Shown piece by piece: positions 28,985 through 38,900 of a stretch of 64,000 nucleotides of DNA (position 1 is the first letter of the stretch; every line of letters begins with the position of its first letter). The position numbers were made by a program, and so were the translations under genes. The stretch is taken from the IMG/VR virus record IMGVR_UViG_3300037297_000386; one strand, given 5' to 3'. This stretch comes from a virus (taxonomy: Duplodnaviria; Caudoviricetes). The notes beneath the pieces were generated by a model that did no database searches, was not told the origin of the DNA, and saw only the letters and a list, made by a program, of their open reading frames with translations.

Positions 28985-29572
28985 TTATTTTTTAAGCTTA
29001 GATTTTTTCTTAGATGGATTTTTTGTTGTTATCTTTCGAACTACTTTTCTAGTGGGCACCATTTTATCTGCAATACCGTACGCGACAGCTTCCTCGGCTG
29101 ACATATATGACTCTTTTTTCATGTCTTTTAAAATCTTATTTTTTGACGTTCCAGAATCATTTGATAATAATTCAACATATACTTCTTGCATTCTCATTGT
29201 TTCTAGGATCGCATTTTCCATTTCACTTACAGGGCCAAATGTTCCACCTGATACTTCGTGTATCATTACTCTGGTATTCTCTGTGATAAACCTATTATTT
29301 TTGTCGCCGGCTGCCAATAATAATACTCCAGCCGACATAACTTTGCCAATACCAACTGTAACAATTGGGCAACAACAAACTTTCATTGCATCATACATAC
29401 ACAATGCACTATCCAAACTTCCGCCATATGTATTAATATATACACTTACTGCCCTTCCAGTATCAATACATTCCAGAGCAGTAAGTTGTTCTAAGAATTG
29501 AGCTGCTGTTTCATCTTTAATTATACCGGAAACTATAATACGTCTTAATTGTTCGTTCATTTGACTAATCAT
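28985..29572 (-). CDS. clpP: ClpP protease subunit
   Basis: YINTYGG, catalytic Ser in MSAG, His in MIHE, SAEEAVAYGIAD. Confidence 0.92.
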   Translation of the reverse strand: MISQMNEQLRRIIVSGIIKDETAAQFLEQLTALECIDTGRAVSVYINTYGGSLDSALCMYDAMKVCCCPIVTVGIGKVMSAGVLLLAAGDKNNRFITENTRVMIHEVSGGTFGPVSEMENAILETMRMQEVYVELLSNDSGTSKNKILKDMKKESYMSAEEAVAYGIADKMVPTRKVVRKITTKNPSKKKSKLKK

Positions 29573-29605
29573 TTCTAATCAAACTCCTTATATTAAACAT
29601 GTTTT

Positions 29606-30205
29606 TTACTTATTATTTTCTGTGATTGTTTGTATTAATGATTGAACTGTATCTATTAAAGTATTAAAACCACATACCATATCACTTTGAACTTTTCGAA
29701 CATCTTGTATTGCAAGAATTATTTCATCAGTATTTTCTACATTATCTTCTGGATCAAGCCTTTCTCCATCCATTAAAAAGTCTGTGGGATTCCAAAAATT
29801 AGAATTAGAATCAAACCAAATATCATAATTAACATCATTTATGGTATTAATATTAATTTCAGTCATAGATATATTGAATTCTTTCTCTTCAAAAATCCAC
29901 CCTATTAAGGAGTCAGTCGTTTCAACTACACATATTAAATTTTTCCCTAAATATTTTACCCATTGAATCATTGTTTGAATATTAAAGTCATCTATATTAC
30001 TATATTGTGATGTATAATAAAATCCTATAACATCATGATATGTATCTTCACGATTACACACAGTTTCATAATTGAAATTAACCTCGGATGACAAATTTTG
30101 AGTACAATGATCGATACCAGTGACCAGTATATGGGGTATACCATTTTTATACTTAGCCTCTGTACTAATTAATAATTTATATTTTTTAAAAAAAGAGTCC
30201 ACCAA
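29606..30205 (-). CDS. Hypothetical protein, possibly degenerate JAB/MPN
   Basis: DVIGFYYTS resembles VGFYHTHP but lacks the histidines. Confidence 0.35.
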   Translation of the reverse strand: MVDSFFKKYKLLISTEAKYKNGIPHILVTGIDHCTQNLSSEVNFNYETVCNREDTYHDVIGFYYTSQYSNIDDFNIQTMIQWVKYLGKNLICVVETTDSLIGWIFEEKEFNISMTEININTINDVNYDIWFDSNSNFWNPTDFLMDGERLDPEDNVENTDEIILAIQDVRKVQSDMVCGFNTLIDTVQSLIQTITENNK

Positions 30206-30212
30206 AACACCT

Positions 30213-30752
30213 CTAATATGTAGTTCTCAATATTTGTATAACATCCCATGCATCGTCAACTGCATCATGGGTTACGACTCCATCAATTCCCAAATTTTTC
30301 TTTATTTTACTTAAGGATATTGGCCCTTTATTCCAATCAATAAACATACTACCAGGATCTATGTGCCGATAATGAAACATCGATTTAAGTTTATCTGGAA
30401 AAAATAGCAAATCAAAACTACCGACATTTTTACCTGTCGCAAATATATCATCATCAAAATCAAAATGCGTACGCAAAAATTGAATGGCCTTTGATACCCA
30501 TTCATCTGATTCGTAAATTGGATATTTACTATCATCTTTTCTTGTTAACATATCAAATATCCAATTATTCATTGATAATGCAAACGGGGTTCCGCTATAT
30601 ATGGAACGATTCACTAAACATGCGAAAGTTGGTATTTCTTGGCGAGGCATTTTGTTTTTAGTATCTTCCACAAGCATGGCCACCATTAAGATATTATCCG
30701 GACATTTTGGTTCTACACAAGTTGTTTCAATATCTATACTAACATACTTCAT
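30213..30752 (-). CDS. DEDDh 3'-5' exonuclease
   Basis: SIDIETT, NVGSFD, HDAVDDA. Confidence 0.85.
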   Translation of the reverse strand: MKYVSIDIETTCVEPKCPDNILMVAMLVEDTKNKMPRQEIPTFACLVNRSIYSGTPFALSMNNWIFDMLTRKDDSKYPIYESDEWVSKAIQFLRTHFDFDDDIFATGKNVGSFDLLFFPDKLKSMFHYRHIDPGSMFIDWNKGPISLSKIKKNLGIDGVVTHDAVDDAWDVIQILRTTY

Positions 30753-30763
30753 AATTTTCCTTT

Positions 30764-31076
30764 CTACTTAATTTTTTCAATTTGGGACAATTTGATTGTT
30801 AATGCATCTGATTTGCGAGCACGTAACTTTTTTAATATATTTGCTTTTTTTAATATTTCGTTTTTAACTATTTTTATTAATCGATTAGAAAGTTCTATAT
30901 CAGCATCTGCATGGGTTAAATATATATTTTGCAAATCAAACCTCTCACTTCTAACTAAACAGGATGATGAATCTTTTTTTGATTGTTATTTCATCAATAA
31001 ATCCACTTCGTATGTCATCATTAGAAGTAATCCAATAAACAGTTTGTCCTATTTTAATATCACTTAATTCTACCAT
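30764..31076 (-). pseudogene. Frameshifted SH3-like plus coiled-coil gene
   Basis: RBS AGGAG, MVELSDIKIGQTVYWI...; removing one base from the T7 run at 30974-30980 gives a continuous ORF ending ...QIEKIK*. Confidence 0.7.
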
Positions 31077-31091
31077 AATAACTCCTTATAT

Positions 31092-32210
31092 CTAACTTCG
31101 CATATTATTTACTATATTAATAATTCTATTAGATGCATAATTAATATCAGTCTCTGTTGTCCATCTTCCAAGACCAAATCTAATCGCACACTCTGGGTAT
31201 GGCGTACCAAGAGCTTTAATGACATGTGACGGCTCAATTTCACCAGATGTGCAGGCAGATCCACCAGAAATAATTACATCTTCTAATCCTTTTATTAAAA
31301 TTTCAGCTTTTATACCTTTTATAGTAATATTTAAATTATTTGGTAAGCGATTTTTCATAGTTCCATTAATTATTATATCTGGGATGTTCTTCTTAAGATT
31401 TTTTAATAATAAATCTCGTAATCTTCTGACTTTTTTATTTTCTTCTTCTGATTCATGTTGTAAAATTTCACAGGCTTTTCCAATGCCGACTATAGCCGGA
31501 ACATTTTGAGTTCCAGAGGTTATTATATTTTGATAGCCACCATGTATAATAGGCTCTATAAGTAAATTATTTTGTACATATAATACTGCAACTCCTTTGG
31601 GGCCATAAATTTTATGTCCGCTCATTGTTAAAGCAAATATGTTCATCTCTTTTACATCTATATTTACCTTGCCAATCGCCTGTGTAGCGTCTGTATGAAA
31701 TAATGCTTCGTATTTCTTACATAAAGAACCTATTTTTTTAATCGGATGTATAGTACCTATTTCATTATTAGCAAAAATTGTTGAAACCAAAATATTTTTA
31801 CTTTTTATATTCCTTAATATCTTTTCAAGTTCTTCAATATTTATATTACCATCTTTGTTTATTTTTAATACTGGCTCTAAAATAATATTGGAACTTCTTT
31901 TCTTAAGACAATTTATAATAGATGAATGCTCGACATTTGTAGTTATAACATGTTTGTATTCATTCGGCCACAATCCTTGAAGAATAATATTATTTGCTTC
32001 CGTGGCTGACGCAGTAAAATTAATATTATCCGACTTAGCGTTAATTATAAAAGCAACCTGTTCTTTTGCTTTTTCTATTGCGTCTTTGGCCTTTTCGGCA
32101 AAAAAATGGGCAGACGCTGGATTGGCAAAATAAGTACTAAAAAATGGTAGCATTTCTTCTATTACACGTGGATCGCAAGGAGTGGTAGAATGACAGTCTA
32201 AATAAATCAT
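31092..32210 (-). CDS. iscS: Cysteine desulfurase IscS/NifS
   Basis: IYLD..STTP, EHSS, HTDATQ, SGHKIYGPKG (PLP Lys), SGGSACTSG (catalytic Cys). Confidence 0.95.
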   Translation of the reverse strand: MIYLDCHSTTPCDPRVIEEMLPFFSTYFANPASAHFFAEKAKDAIEKAKEQVAFIINAKSDNINFTASATEANNIILQGLWPNEYKHVITTNVEHSSIINCLKKRSSNIILEPVLKINKDGNINIEELEKILRNIKSKNILVSTIFANNEIGTIHPIKKIGSLCKKYEALFHTDATQAIGKVNIDVKEMNIFALTMSGHKIYGPKGVAVLYVQNNLLIEPIIHGGYQNIITSGTQNVPAIVGIGKACEILQHESEEENKKVRRLRDLLLKNLKKNIPDIIINGTMKNRLPNNLNITIKGIKAEILIKGLEDVIISGGSACTSGEIEPSHVIKALGTPYPECAIRFGLGRWTTETDINYASNRIINIVNNMRS

Positions 32211-32237
32211 ATTGTCCCAATTTTTTCTAACATTCTA

Positions 32238-32759
32238 TTATTCATTGAACGTTCTATAAACAAATATATTTTCATAAATATTTTTTATCTTATATATAAA
32301 GTCCTCTTTGGACATAGTACCCTTCATCATATTACAAGTATTACAACATGGGACTATATTATCTTTAACATAAGCTCTATCCGAATTAATTCTATCAATT
32401 CCGCAATAATCTCCTATTCCAGAATATAATCCACAATAGATACAAACTTTACTAGTTATTTCTTTAAATTCTTCTTGTGTAAGGTTAAACTCTATATTTC
32501 TATTTTTAGCACCTCGCTTATATTGTCCAAATCTTTTATAACATTTGGTACTTCTGTTCTTATTTCTTATTTTTTCACATAATAAACAACTAGAATGATG
32601 CCCATCTTTCCTACTCCTATTTTTACCAAATTTTTGGATCGACTTTCTTTTTTTACACACAGAACAAACTTTTGTCATATTAAACCTTATAAATAAAGTT
32701 ATTTTCCACATTTTTTTAATATTAGGACATTCTATTTTTGTGCGACACCTTTTGGTCAA
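32238..32759 (-). CDS. HNH-type endonuclease with N-terminal zinc finger
   Basis: CSVC..CLLC; CIYCG..GIDRINSDRAYVKDNIVPCCNTCNMMK; likely start MTKVC. Confidence 0.8.
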   Translation of the reverse strand: MTKRCRTKIECPNIKKMWKITLFIRFNMTKVCSVCKKRKSIQKFGKNRSRKDGHHSSCLLCEKIRNKNRSTKCYKRFGQYKRGAKNRNIEFNLTQEEFKEITSKVCIYCGLYSGIGDYCGIDRINSDRAYVKDNIVPCCNTCNMMKGTMSKEDFIYKIKNIYENIFVYRTFNE

Positions 32760-32930
32760 CTATATCCGTAATGTTACTTTATTTCTATTTCATAAATATA
32801 CCAATTATATTAAAAAAAACAATATTATGTAATTTTATAGATAATATCGATACAATTATGATATAAAACTACAAATCCATGGGCAAACCAGGCGAAATAT
32901 AAAGCACCAACCCATTTGTTCAATTGGATT

Positions 32931-33416
32931 TTAACTTTCAATCGCCTTTCTCATTTCTTCATAATCAGAAAATCGAGTGCGAATCTCATCTTCTACATCT
33001 TCTCGACATACTCCTTTATCGAATAGGAGAAATTTTAACAGTTGTTTGTCAGTGATATTTACTAACAAACAACATGGACATTGTGAGGCAGGCATATTAT
33101 ATCGATTATCGCCTTCTATATCATTTTCATATAAATCATCTAAGTCATCTTCATCATCTATTTTATTTATTATATTTTTAATACTTTCATAGTCAACAAT
33201 TTCTAAACAATAAGCTTTTTTTTCGTTAAAAGACATATCATTATATTTAACACCCATTTCTTTAATATGCTCATCACAAACCGTATGCCCATTAACACAT
33301 TCATGCATTCCTGCTTCTGTCAGGCCCATATCCCATCCAGAACATTCTTCACCACATATATCACATACAAACGAACTGGAACTCGAATTACTTACAAATC
33401 CTTTTCTTATTTTCAT
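32931..33416 (-). CDS. MKIRxGFVSNSSSSSF-family protein, Cys-rich
   Basis: N-terminal motif; CDIC, CVNGH..C, CPCC. Confidence 0.75.
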   Translation of the reverse strand: MKIRKGFVSNSSSSSFVCDICGEECSGWDMGLTEAGMHECVNGHTVCDEHIKEMGVKYNDMSFNEKKAYCLEIVDYESIKNIINKIDDEDDLDDLYENDIEGDNRYNMPASQCPCCLLVNITDKQLLKFLLFDKGVCREDVEDEIRTRFSDYEEMRKAIES

Positions 33417-33808
33417 TAATATCCTCCTTCCGAATAAATAATCTCTACATTATTTCCAACTATGCCTTTAAGACCGTTATTACATAACATTGCTCCTATT
33501 GCATCGCCTGTACCATCGGAATAACCTATAAGAACTTTTTTGCCATTTTCTAAGGCTTTTTTAGATTTTTTGTATTGTTCATGTACCCATGAATCATCTT
33601 CGTCTTTAAGCCATTCTTCAATTGTATTGTAGCCACAGATCCATTCTTTAAAATAATAATTATCAAGATCATCTATTGAGTTAATTATATGTGCATAATT
33701 TGCTAAATCAATTTCCATGGATAATGTAATCTTTGTAGTAATATTATCTACTGCAACTATAAAACTACTGCTAGAACTATTACTTACAAAATTATTTCTT
33801 ATTTTCAT
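33416..33808 (-). CDS. MKIRxxFVSNSSSSSF-family protein
   Basis: N-terminal motif MKIRNNFVSNSSSSSF. Confidence 0.75.
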   Translation of the reverse strand: MKIRNNFVSNSSSSSFIVAVDNITTKITLSMEIDLANYAHIINSIDDLDNYYFKEWICGYNTIEEWLKDEDDSWVHEQYKKSKKALENGKKVLIGYSDGTGDAIGAMLCNNGLKGIVGNNVEIIYSEGGY

Positions 33809-34187
33809 ATTTTTTCTCTTTTAATAATTTTAATTCTTTCTTTAATTCTCGTAATTTTTCAGTATTTTTCTTTAAAGCATTTTCGGCCATTTTGAAAGCA
33901 CGGGATGCCTTAGTCTTTCTATCATTACGAGCTTTTATGAAAGTTGCATTTTTATTAGAATAAACATCTTTTTGTCCTATTTCTATCATACGATTATCAC
34001 CTAATTGTATCGTGTAGTTAACAGCTGTAGTTGTTCGTTGGGTGCCTTTTTGTAATTTTGTATTATATACAATTTGTGAACTTATAATAGTACCACAAGT
34101 GAATTTATTATTCGACCAGTAATCAGCACAATACTTAACATGAACTTTTTGTCCTATTTTAAATTTTGGAGTTATCTTTTTACTCAT
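33792..34187 (-). CDS. SH3/KOW-like plus coiled-coil protein
   Basis: KFKIGQKV start, basic heptad C-terminus. Confidence 0.5.
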   Translation of the reverse strand: MSKKITPKFKIGQKVHVKYCADYWSNNKFTCGTIISSQIVYNTKLQKGTQRTTTAVNYTIQLGDNRMIEIGQKDVYSNKNATFIKARNDRKTKASRAFKMAENALKKNTEKLRELKKELKLLKEKKYENKK

Positions 34188-34188
34188 T

Positions 34189-34590
34189 TTACACTCCTGA
34201 CAACCTTTCTATTAATTCTTCTTTTCTAATTTCATCTAATTTATTTTTAGCTTCCTTCATAGATTTTCTATTATTTTGAATAGCTTTATTAATTCTTTTT
34301 ATATCATTTTTTAATTTGATTATTTTATGCTCAGTAAATATTCGATCTTCATCTTTTTCAGATCCCAAAATTTTATCTTCAGTAAAATCAGTCACCATAC
34401 GATAGATATAACTAGTTCCATGGGTCGCAGTTGCCCAATAATGTATTTCAGTCGTTGGTTTTTTATTTTTTGCCAAAGTAGTTCTTATAGTTATTTTATT
34501 AATATGTGTATTTTTTATTTTATTATTATGTTTATAATATATTTTTTCTCCAATAGAATATTTTAAATCAACATTGTTATTAATTTTCAT
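34189..34590 (-). CDS. SH3/KOW-like plus coiled-coil protein
   Basis: KYSIGEKI start, basic heptad C-terminus. Confidence 0.5.
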   Translation of the reverse strand: MKINNNVDLKYSIGEKIYYKHNNKIKNTHINKITIRTTLAKNKKPTTEIHYWATATHGTSYIYRMVTDFTEDKILGSEKDEDRIFTEHKIIKLKNDIKRINKAIQNNRKSMKEAKNKLDEIRKEELIERLSGV

Positions 34591-35180
34591 TTATCTTCTC
34601 CTACAATAAATCTTGAAAATCTTCTAATAACTATATTTTCACCAACTTTGTTTATTAAATTACTAAATAAATCAGTAATGTTTAAATTATCGTCTTTAAT
34701 ATATTTTTGTTCCATCAAACAAACTTCTTTAAAAAATTTATTTAATTTTCCAACCATTATCTTATCAACAATATGTTGAGGTTTATTTAATATTGTAAAT
34801 TTTATAATTTCTTTCTCTTGTTCAATTATATCCTGTGGAATTTGTTCTCTAGATATCCATCTTGGGTTGGTTGCTGCAATATGCATAGCAACTTCTTTGG
34901 CAAATTTTTGAAATTCATCGCTTTTGGCCACAAAATCAGTTTCACAGTTAATTTCTACAATAACTCCAATCTTATTACCAGCATGTATATAATACCCTAT
35001 TGTTCCCTCAGAAGTCGTTCGGCTAGATCTATTAATAATATCAGATAATCCTTTTTTTCGTAAATATATAATAGCTTTTTCAATATTATTATTACTATTT
35101 ATAAGTGCTTCTTTACAATCCATTACCCCAGCCCCTGTTTTTTCTCTAAGATTACGAATTTCGTGTATACTTACAGACAT
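34587..35180 (-). CDS. tsf: Elongation factor Ts (short form)
   Basis: LREKTGAGVMDCKEAL, EINCETDFVAK, MHIAA, CLMEQ, IRRFSRF. Confidence 0.96.
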   Translation of the reverse strand: MSVSIHEIRNLREKTGAGVMDCKEALINSNNNIEKAIIYLRKKGLSDIINRSSRTTSEGTIGYYIHAGNKIGVIVEINCETDFVAKSDEFQKFAKEVAMHIAATNPRWISREQIPQDIIEQEKEIIKFTILNKPQHIVDKIMVGKLNKFFKEVCLMEQKYIKDDNLNITDLFSNLINKVGENIVIRRFSRFIVGEDK

Positions 35181-35219
35181 AAATACCCCTTTCTATTAAT
35201 TTTTAAAATATCTATTATT

Positions 35220-35250
35220 AAAAAAGCCAGTAAAAAACCGGCTTTTTTTT
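35220..35250 (-). terminator. Probable intrinsic terminator (possibly bidirectional)
   Basis: GCCGG/CTGGC stem flanked by A and T tracts. Confidence 0.6.
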
Positions 35251-35280
35251 GCTTAACACAGGTTTATTATATTAAATTAT

Positions 35281-35559
35281 CTAACCTGGACCATCTTCAA
35301 GATTTTTAGATTGTGCGTTTTTTTTAAAAATATCACCAACTTTACTTACTGCTTTCTTAGACAAATTATATGTCGTTAAAGCAATCAATATACTGAGGTG
35401 ACCAGATGCAATATCTTCTGTACCCATACTATCAATCCACACATACAATGCAGGAATAAATGCCATCCAAAAACTAGTTCTACCTATTGATATGACCCAC
35501 TCTCTATTATCGTTCTTTTCCATAAAAAGTGCACCAATATATTTTATACATTTATTCAT
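35281..35559 (-). CDS. Small two-TM membrane protein (holin-like)
   Basis: Two hydrophobic segments, charged C-terminus. Confidence 0.5.
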   Translation of the reverse strand: MNKCIKYIGALFMEKNDNREWVISIGRTSFWMAFIPALYVWIDSMGTEDIASGHLSILIALTTYNLSKKAVSKVGDIFKKNAQSKNLEDGPG

Positions 35560-35664
35560 TTTAATTTCTCCATTATAAAAATTTTTTTAATATTAATAAC
35601 ATATTCTATATATATTTTGTCATTTGGAAAAATAATAGCATATGTGCATCCAATTTTATTCATA

Positions 35665-35937
35665 TTACTTTAATGCCAATAGTGAATCTATATATCCTTG
35701 ACTTTTTCCTTGTAAATGAACTAATTGCTGTACCAATGGTTCTCCTTTATCCTGTCGTTCTTTAATTTCTTTATTTAAACCTTCAAGTTGTTTTGAAAGA
35801 TTACTAATTTTGATATGCACTTCTTGAATTTTGCGCAATAAAACTTTTTCAATATCACCAAGAGATGGATCATCTGGATTAGCATTAAATTTTTCTAAAA
35901 TATTTTCTAAATACATTTGTTGTGCTTCTTTATTCAT
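35665..35937 (-). CDS. Coiled-coil protein, possible fibre-associated
   Basis: Immediately downstream of tail fibre. Confidence 0.5.
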   Translation of the reverse strand: MNKEAQQMYLENILEKFNANPDDPSLGDIEKVLLRKIQEVHIKISNLSKQLEGLNKEIKERQDKGEPLVQQLVHLQGKSQGYIDSLLALK

Positions 35938-35962
35938 TATTTTTCTCCATTAAATATTTTTT

Positions 35963-38900
35963 TTATGTAATATTGAGAATTTCTTCAATATTATTTAATC
36001 TACTTTTAGTATTTTCAATTTCTCGTTTTATCTCTTTAAGTGCCTCAACAATATAGGCTTCAAAACCAATCATGTTAAGCCACTTTGTCCCGTATTGGTC
36101 TGTTTTAACCCATTCTGGAAAACATGCCTCTACTTCTTGTGCTATAAAGCCCTGTAAATAACCATCATATTCGGGGGATAATCCATGGTTTTCTGGAGTT
36201 ATCCATTTATATAATACACCACGTAATTGTGTTACCCTATCTAAAGGAGAATATCCGTCTGTGTCACTATTATTTACAATAATAGGTAATATTTCCTTTT
36301 TAAATCTTTTATCTGAAATACTTTGCCAACTTGTACCACCAGAAGTCTTTCCAGCATCACCATTAACTTCCAATGGATATGTACTCGGACTACGTTTGAC
36401 CCCAAGTCCTGTAGAGTCTATGCGCACCACTTCAGAATTTCCAATTCTCCAAATATGTTCAGTTGCCCCAGAGGAGTTTCTATTTAATAAATAGTCATTT
36501 GCTATAAATGCGTGTGTTGATTTATTATAAAATTGTATCCTAAAATGATCGGCGTCTGAAGATAAAATAGTATTACCTATCGAAGATGTATAATCTTCAA
36601 TAATAACACGTGATTCGGCGCCACCATTTCCAATAATATGCAATTTTGATTGAGCATTAGATGTCCCAATACCAAGTCTATTATTCTCTCTATCCCAGAA
36701 TAGATCATTATCACCTGCGATGGAATTAGAACCAGTAAAAAATGCTAAATATCCATCTGCTCCTTGCTCTGCAGATATACTACTTCCAATACTATATCCA
36801 TCAAGTGATGACAATATTGTTTGAATTGCATCGGAATGCTGCTTATAATGCTCAGATACAGTAATATCAGAAGCTCCAGCTACATTTCCATATCCATCAA
36901 GTGATGACAATATTGTTTGAATTGCATCGGAATGTTGCTTATAATGCTCAGACACAGTAATATCAGAAGCATCTCCACTGCCAGAGTCGTAACCATCTAA
37001 AGCAGACAAAATATAATATATAGATTCATTCCAAAATAATTTATTTTGTTCAAATGTTTCTTCTGAAACACCTGAACCAGCACCACTATATCCGTCTAAT
37101 TCTTTTAATATAGTTTGAATAGCATTAGAATGTTGTTGATAATGTTCAAATAAAACAGAGTCCAACCCAGATATAGTTGTAGAATATCCGTCTAAAGCAT
37201 TTCTAATATTTTGTCTTTGCTGTGAACCATCTATCCAATGCTGATTCTCTATCGTTGTTATTACATATCCATCTAAATCTTTTAATATAGTTTGAATAGC
37301 ATCCGAATGTTGTTGATAGTGTTCAGATATTGTTATATCTGAGGCACCTGTAGTCAAATCATAATCAATACCACTGTCATTCGTATAATAAACCTTGCCA
37401 TCGGAATTAGCCCATATTGAACCATATCCATCGTGAGTTCTGTCATAATTATCCTGTTCTTCCAATGAAATTATTCCATTTACAGTTAATTTTTCATGAG
37501 CAGAAATATTACCAATACCTATATTCCCAGTGTCAGTTATAAATATACGTACTTGATGAGATGTTCCATCATCTGTTAATAATGCTAGATGCCCGGATCC
37601 GCTATCACCTTTATTAGTCCAATACCCCGTAATAGTTGCAAACGCATTACTAGTTGTCTCATAAAAACCGATAGATGAGGTTTGTGGAGATTTTAAATGA
37701 ATTCTTGCTTCGGAACCACCAGTACTAAAAATTGTAAGTTCGGAGTCTGGGGAATCGGTCCCAATCCCAAACGCAGTTCCATCCCAAACTAAATTACTAT
37801 CACCCTCTATTGTCCCATCTCCAGTCCAAATGCCCAATTGATTATTTACTGGAGTACCAACTTTAATTACATCACCACCACCAGATCCATAACCATCTAA
37901 ACTGGTTAAAATATGATATATAGATTCATTCCAAAATGATTTATTTTGTTCAAATGTTTCTTCTGAAACACCTAAACCAGCACCACTATATCCATCTAAC
38001 TCTTTTAATATTGTTTGCAATGCTCCAGAGTGTTGTTGATAATGTTCAGAAATAGTAGAATCATATCCATCCAACTCTTTCAATATTATTTGTATAGCAT
38101 CAGAATGTTGATTATAATGTTCTTGTATAGTCTGATTTAAAGATTGCCCACCATATGAATAGCCATCTAAAGATTTGATTATATCTTGAATTGTGCTTGA
38201 ATATTGAATATAATGTTCTTCAACTGTCTGATTAGATGCATATCCATCTAAATCTTTTTGCATATGATATATAGCATTATTCCAAAAATTTTTATTTTCT
38301 TGAAATGTTTGTTCATTCAATCCACCATTAGATACACCGTAACCATCCAATGATTGTAATATTACTTGTATAGTTTCAGATAAATCTGAATTTATTATAG
38401 ATCCACCAATAAGTATATTTCCAGCAATAGTTAATATTTCAGATGGATTATTTGTTCCTATGCCAATCTTGTTTGTAGAATCATCATAATAAATATTGGT
38501 TGTACCACCAAAAGATCCACCATTATTATATTGAACTTGTCCATCTGATCCGCTAGGACTGGTACTACTAGCTGTTAATGATATCCAAGAACCAGACTTG
38601 CGTCCTTCAAAGTCGGATCCAGTCCACCTAATTGTTCCATCTCCAGTGCCCGCTGCATCACCAATTTTTATTGCACCAGAGGTATCAATAGATTCATTAG
38701 GACTGGAATTTCCTATACCTAATCGATTACTACTTTCATCCCAATATAAATTCGATTCACCACTTAATACTGAGCTACCAGTCCAAAATGCAATATATCC
38801 AGAAACACCGGATCCAGTTACACCACCCCCGGATATTTTGGCCCACGATGTACCAGAATAACCATATATATAATCTTCATCTTTAACCCATGATGAAGAT

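Noticed and set aside
32881-32910. c-di-GMP-I riboswitch-like GGCAAACCAGGCGAAA...AAAGC
   Set aside because: The 3' pairing arm and second stem are absent, and it is antisense to the flanking genes.
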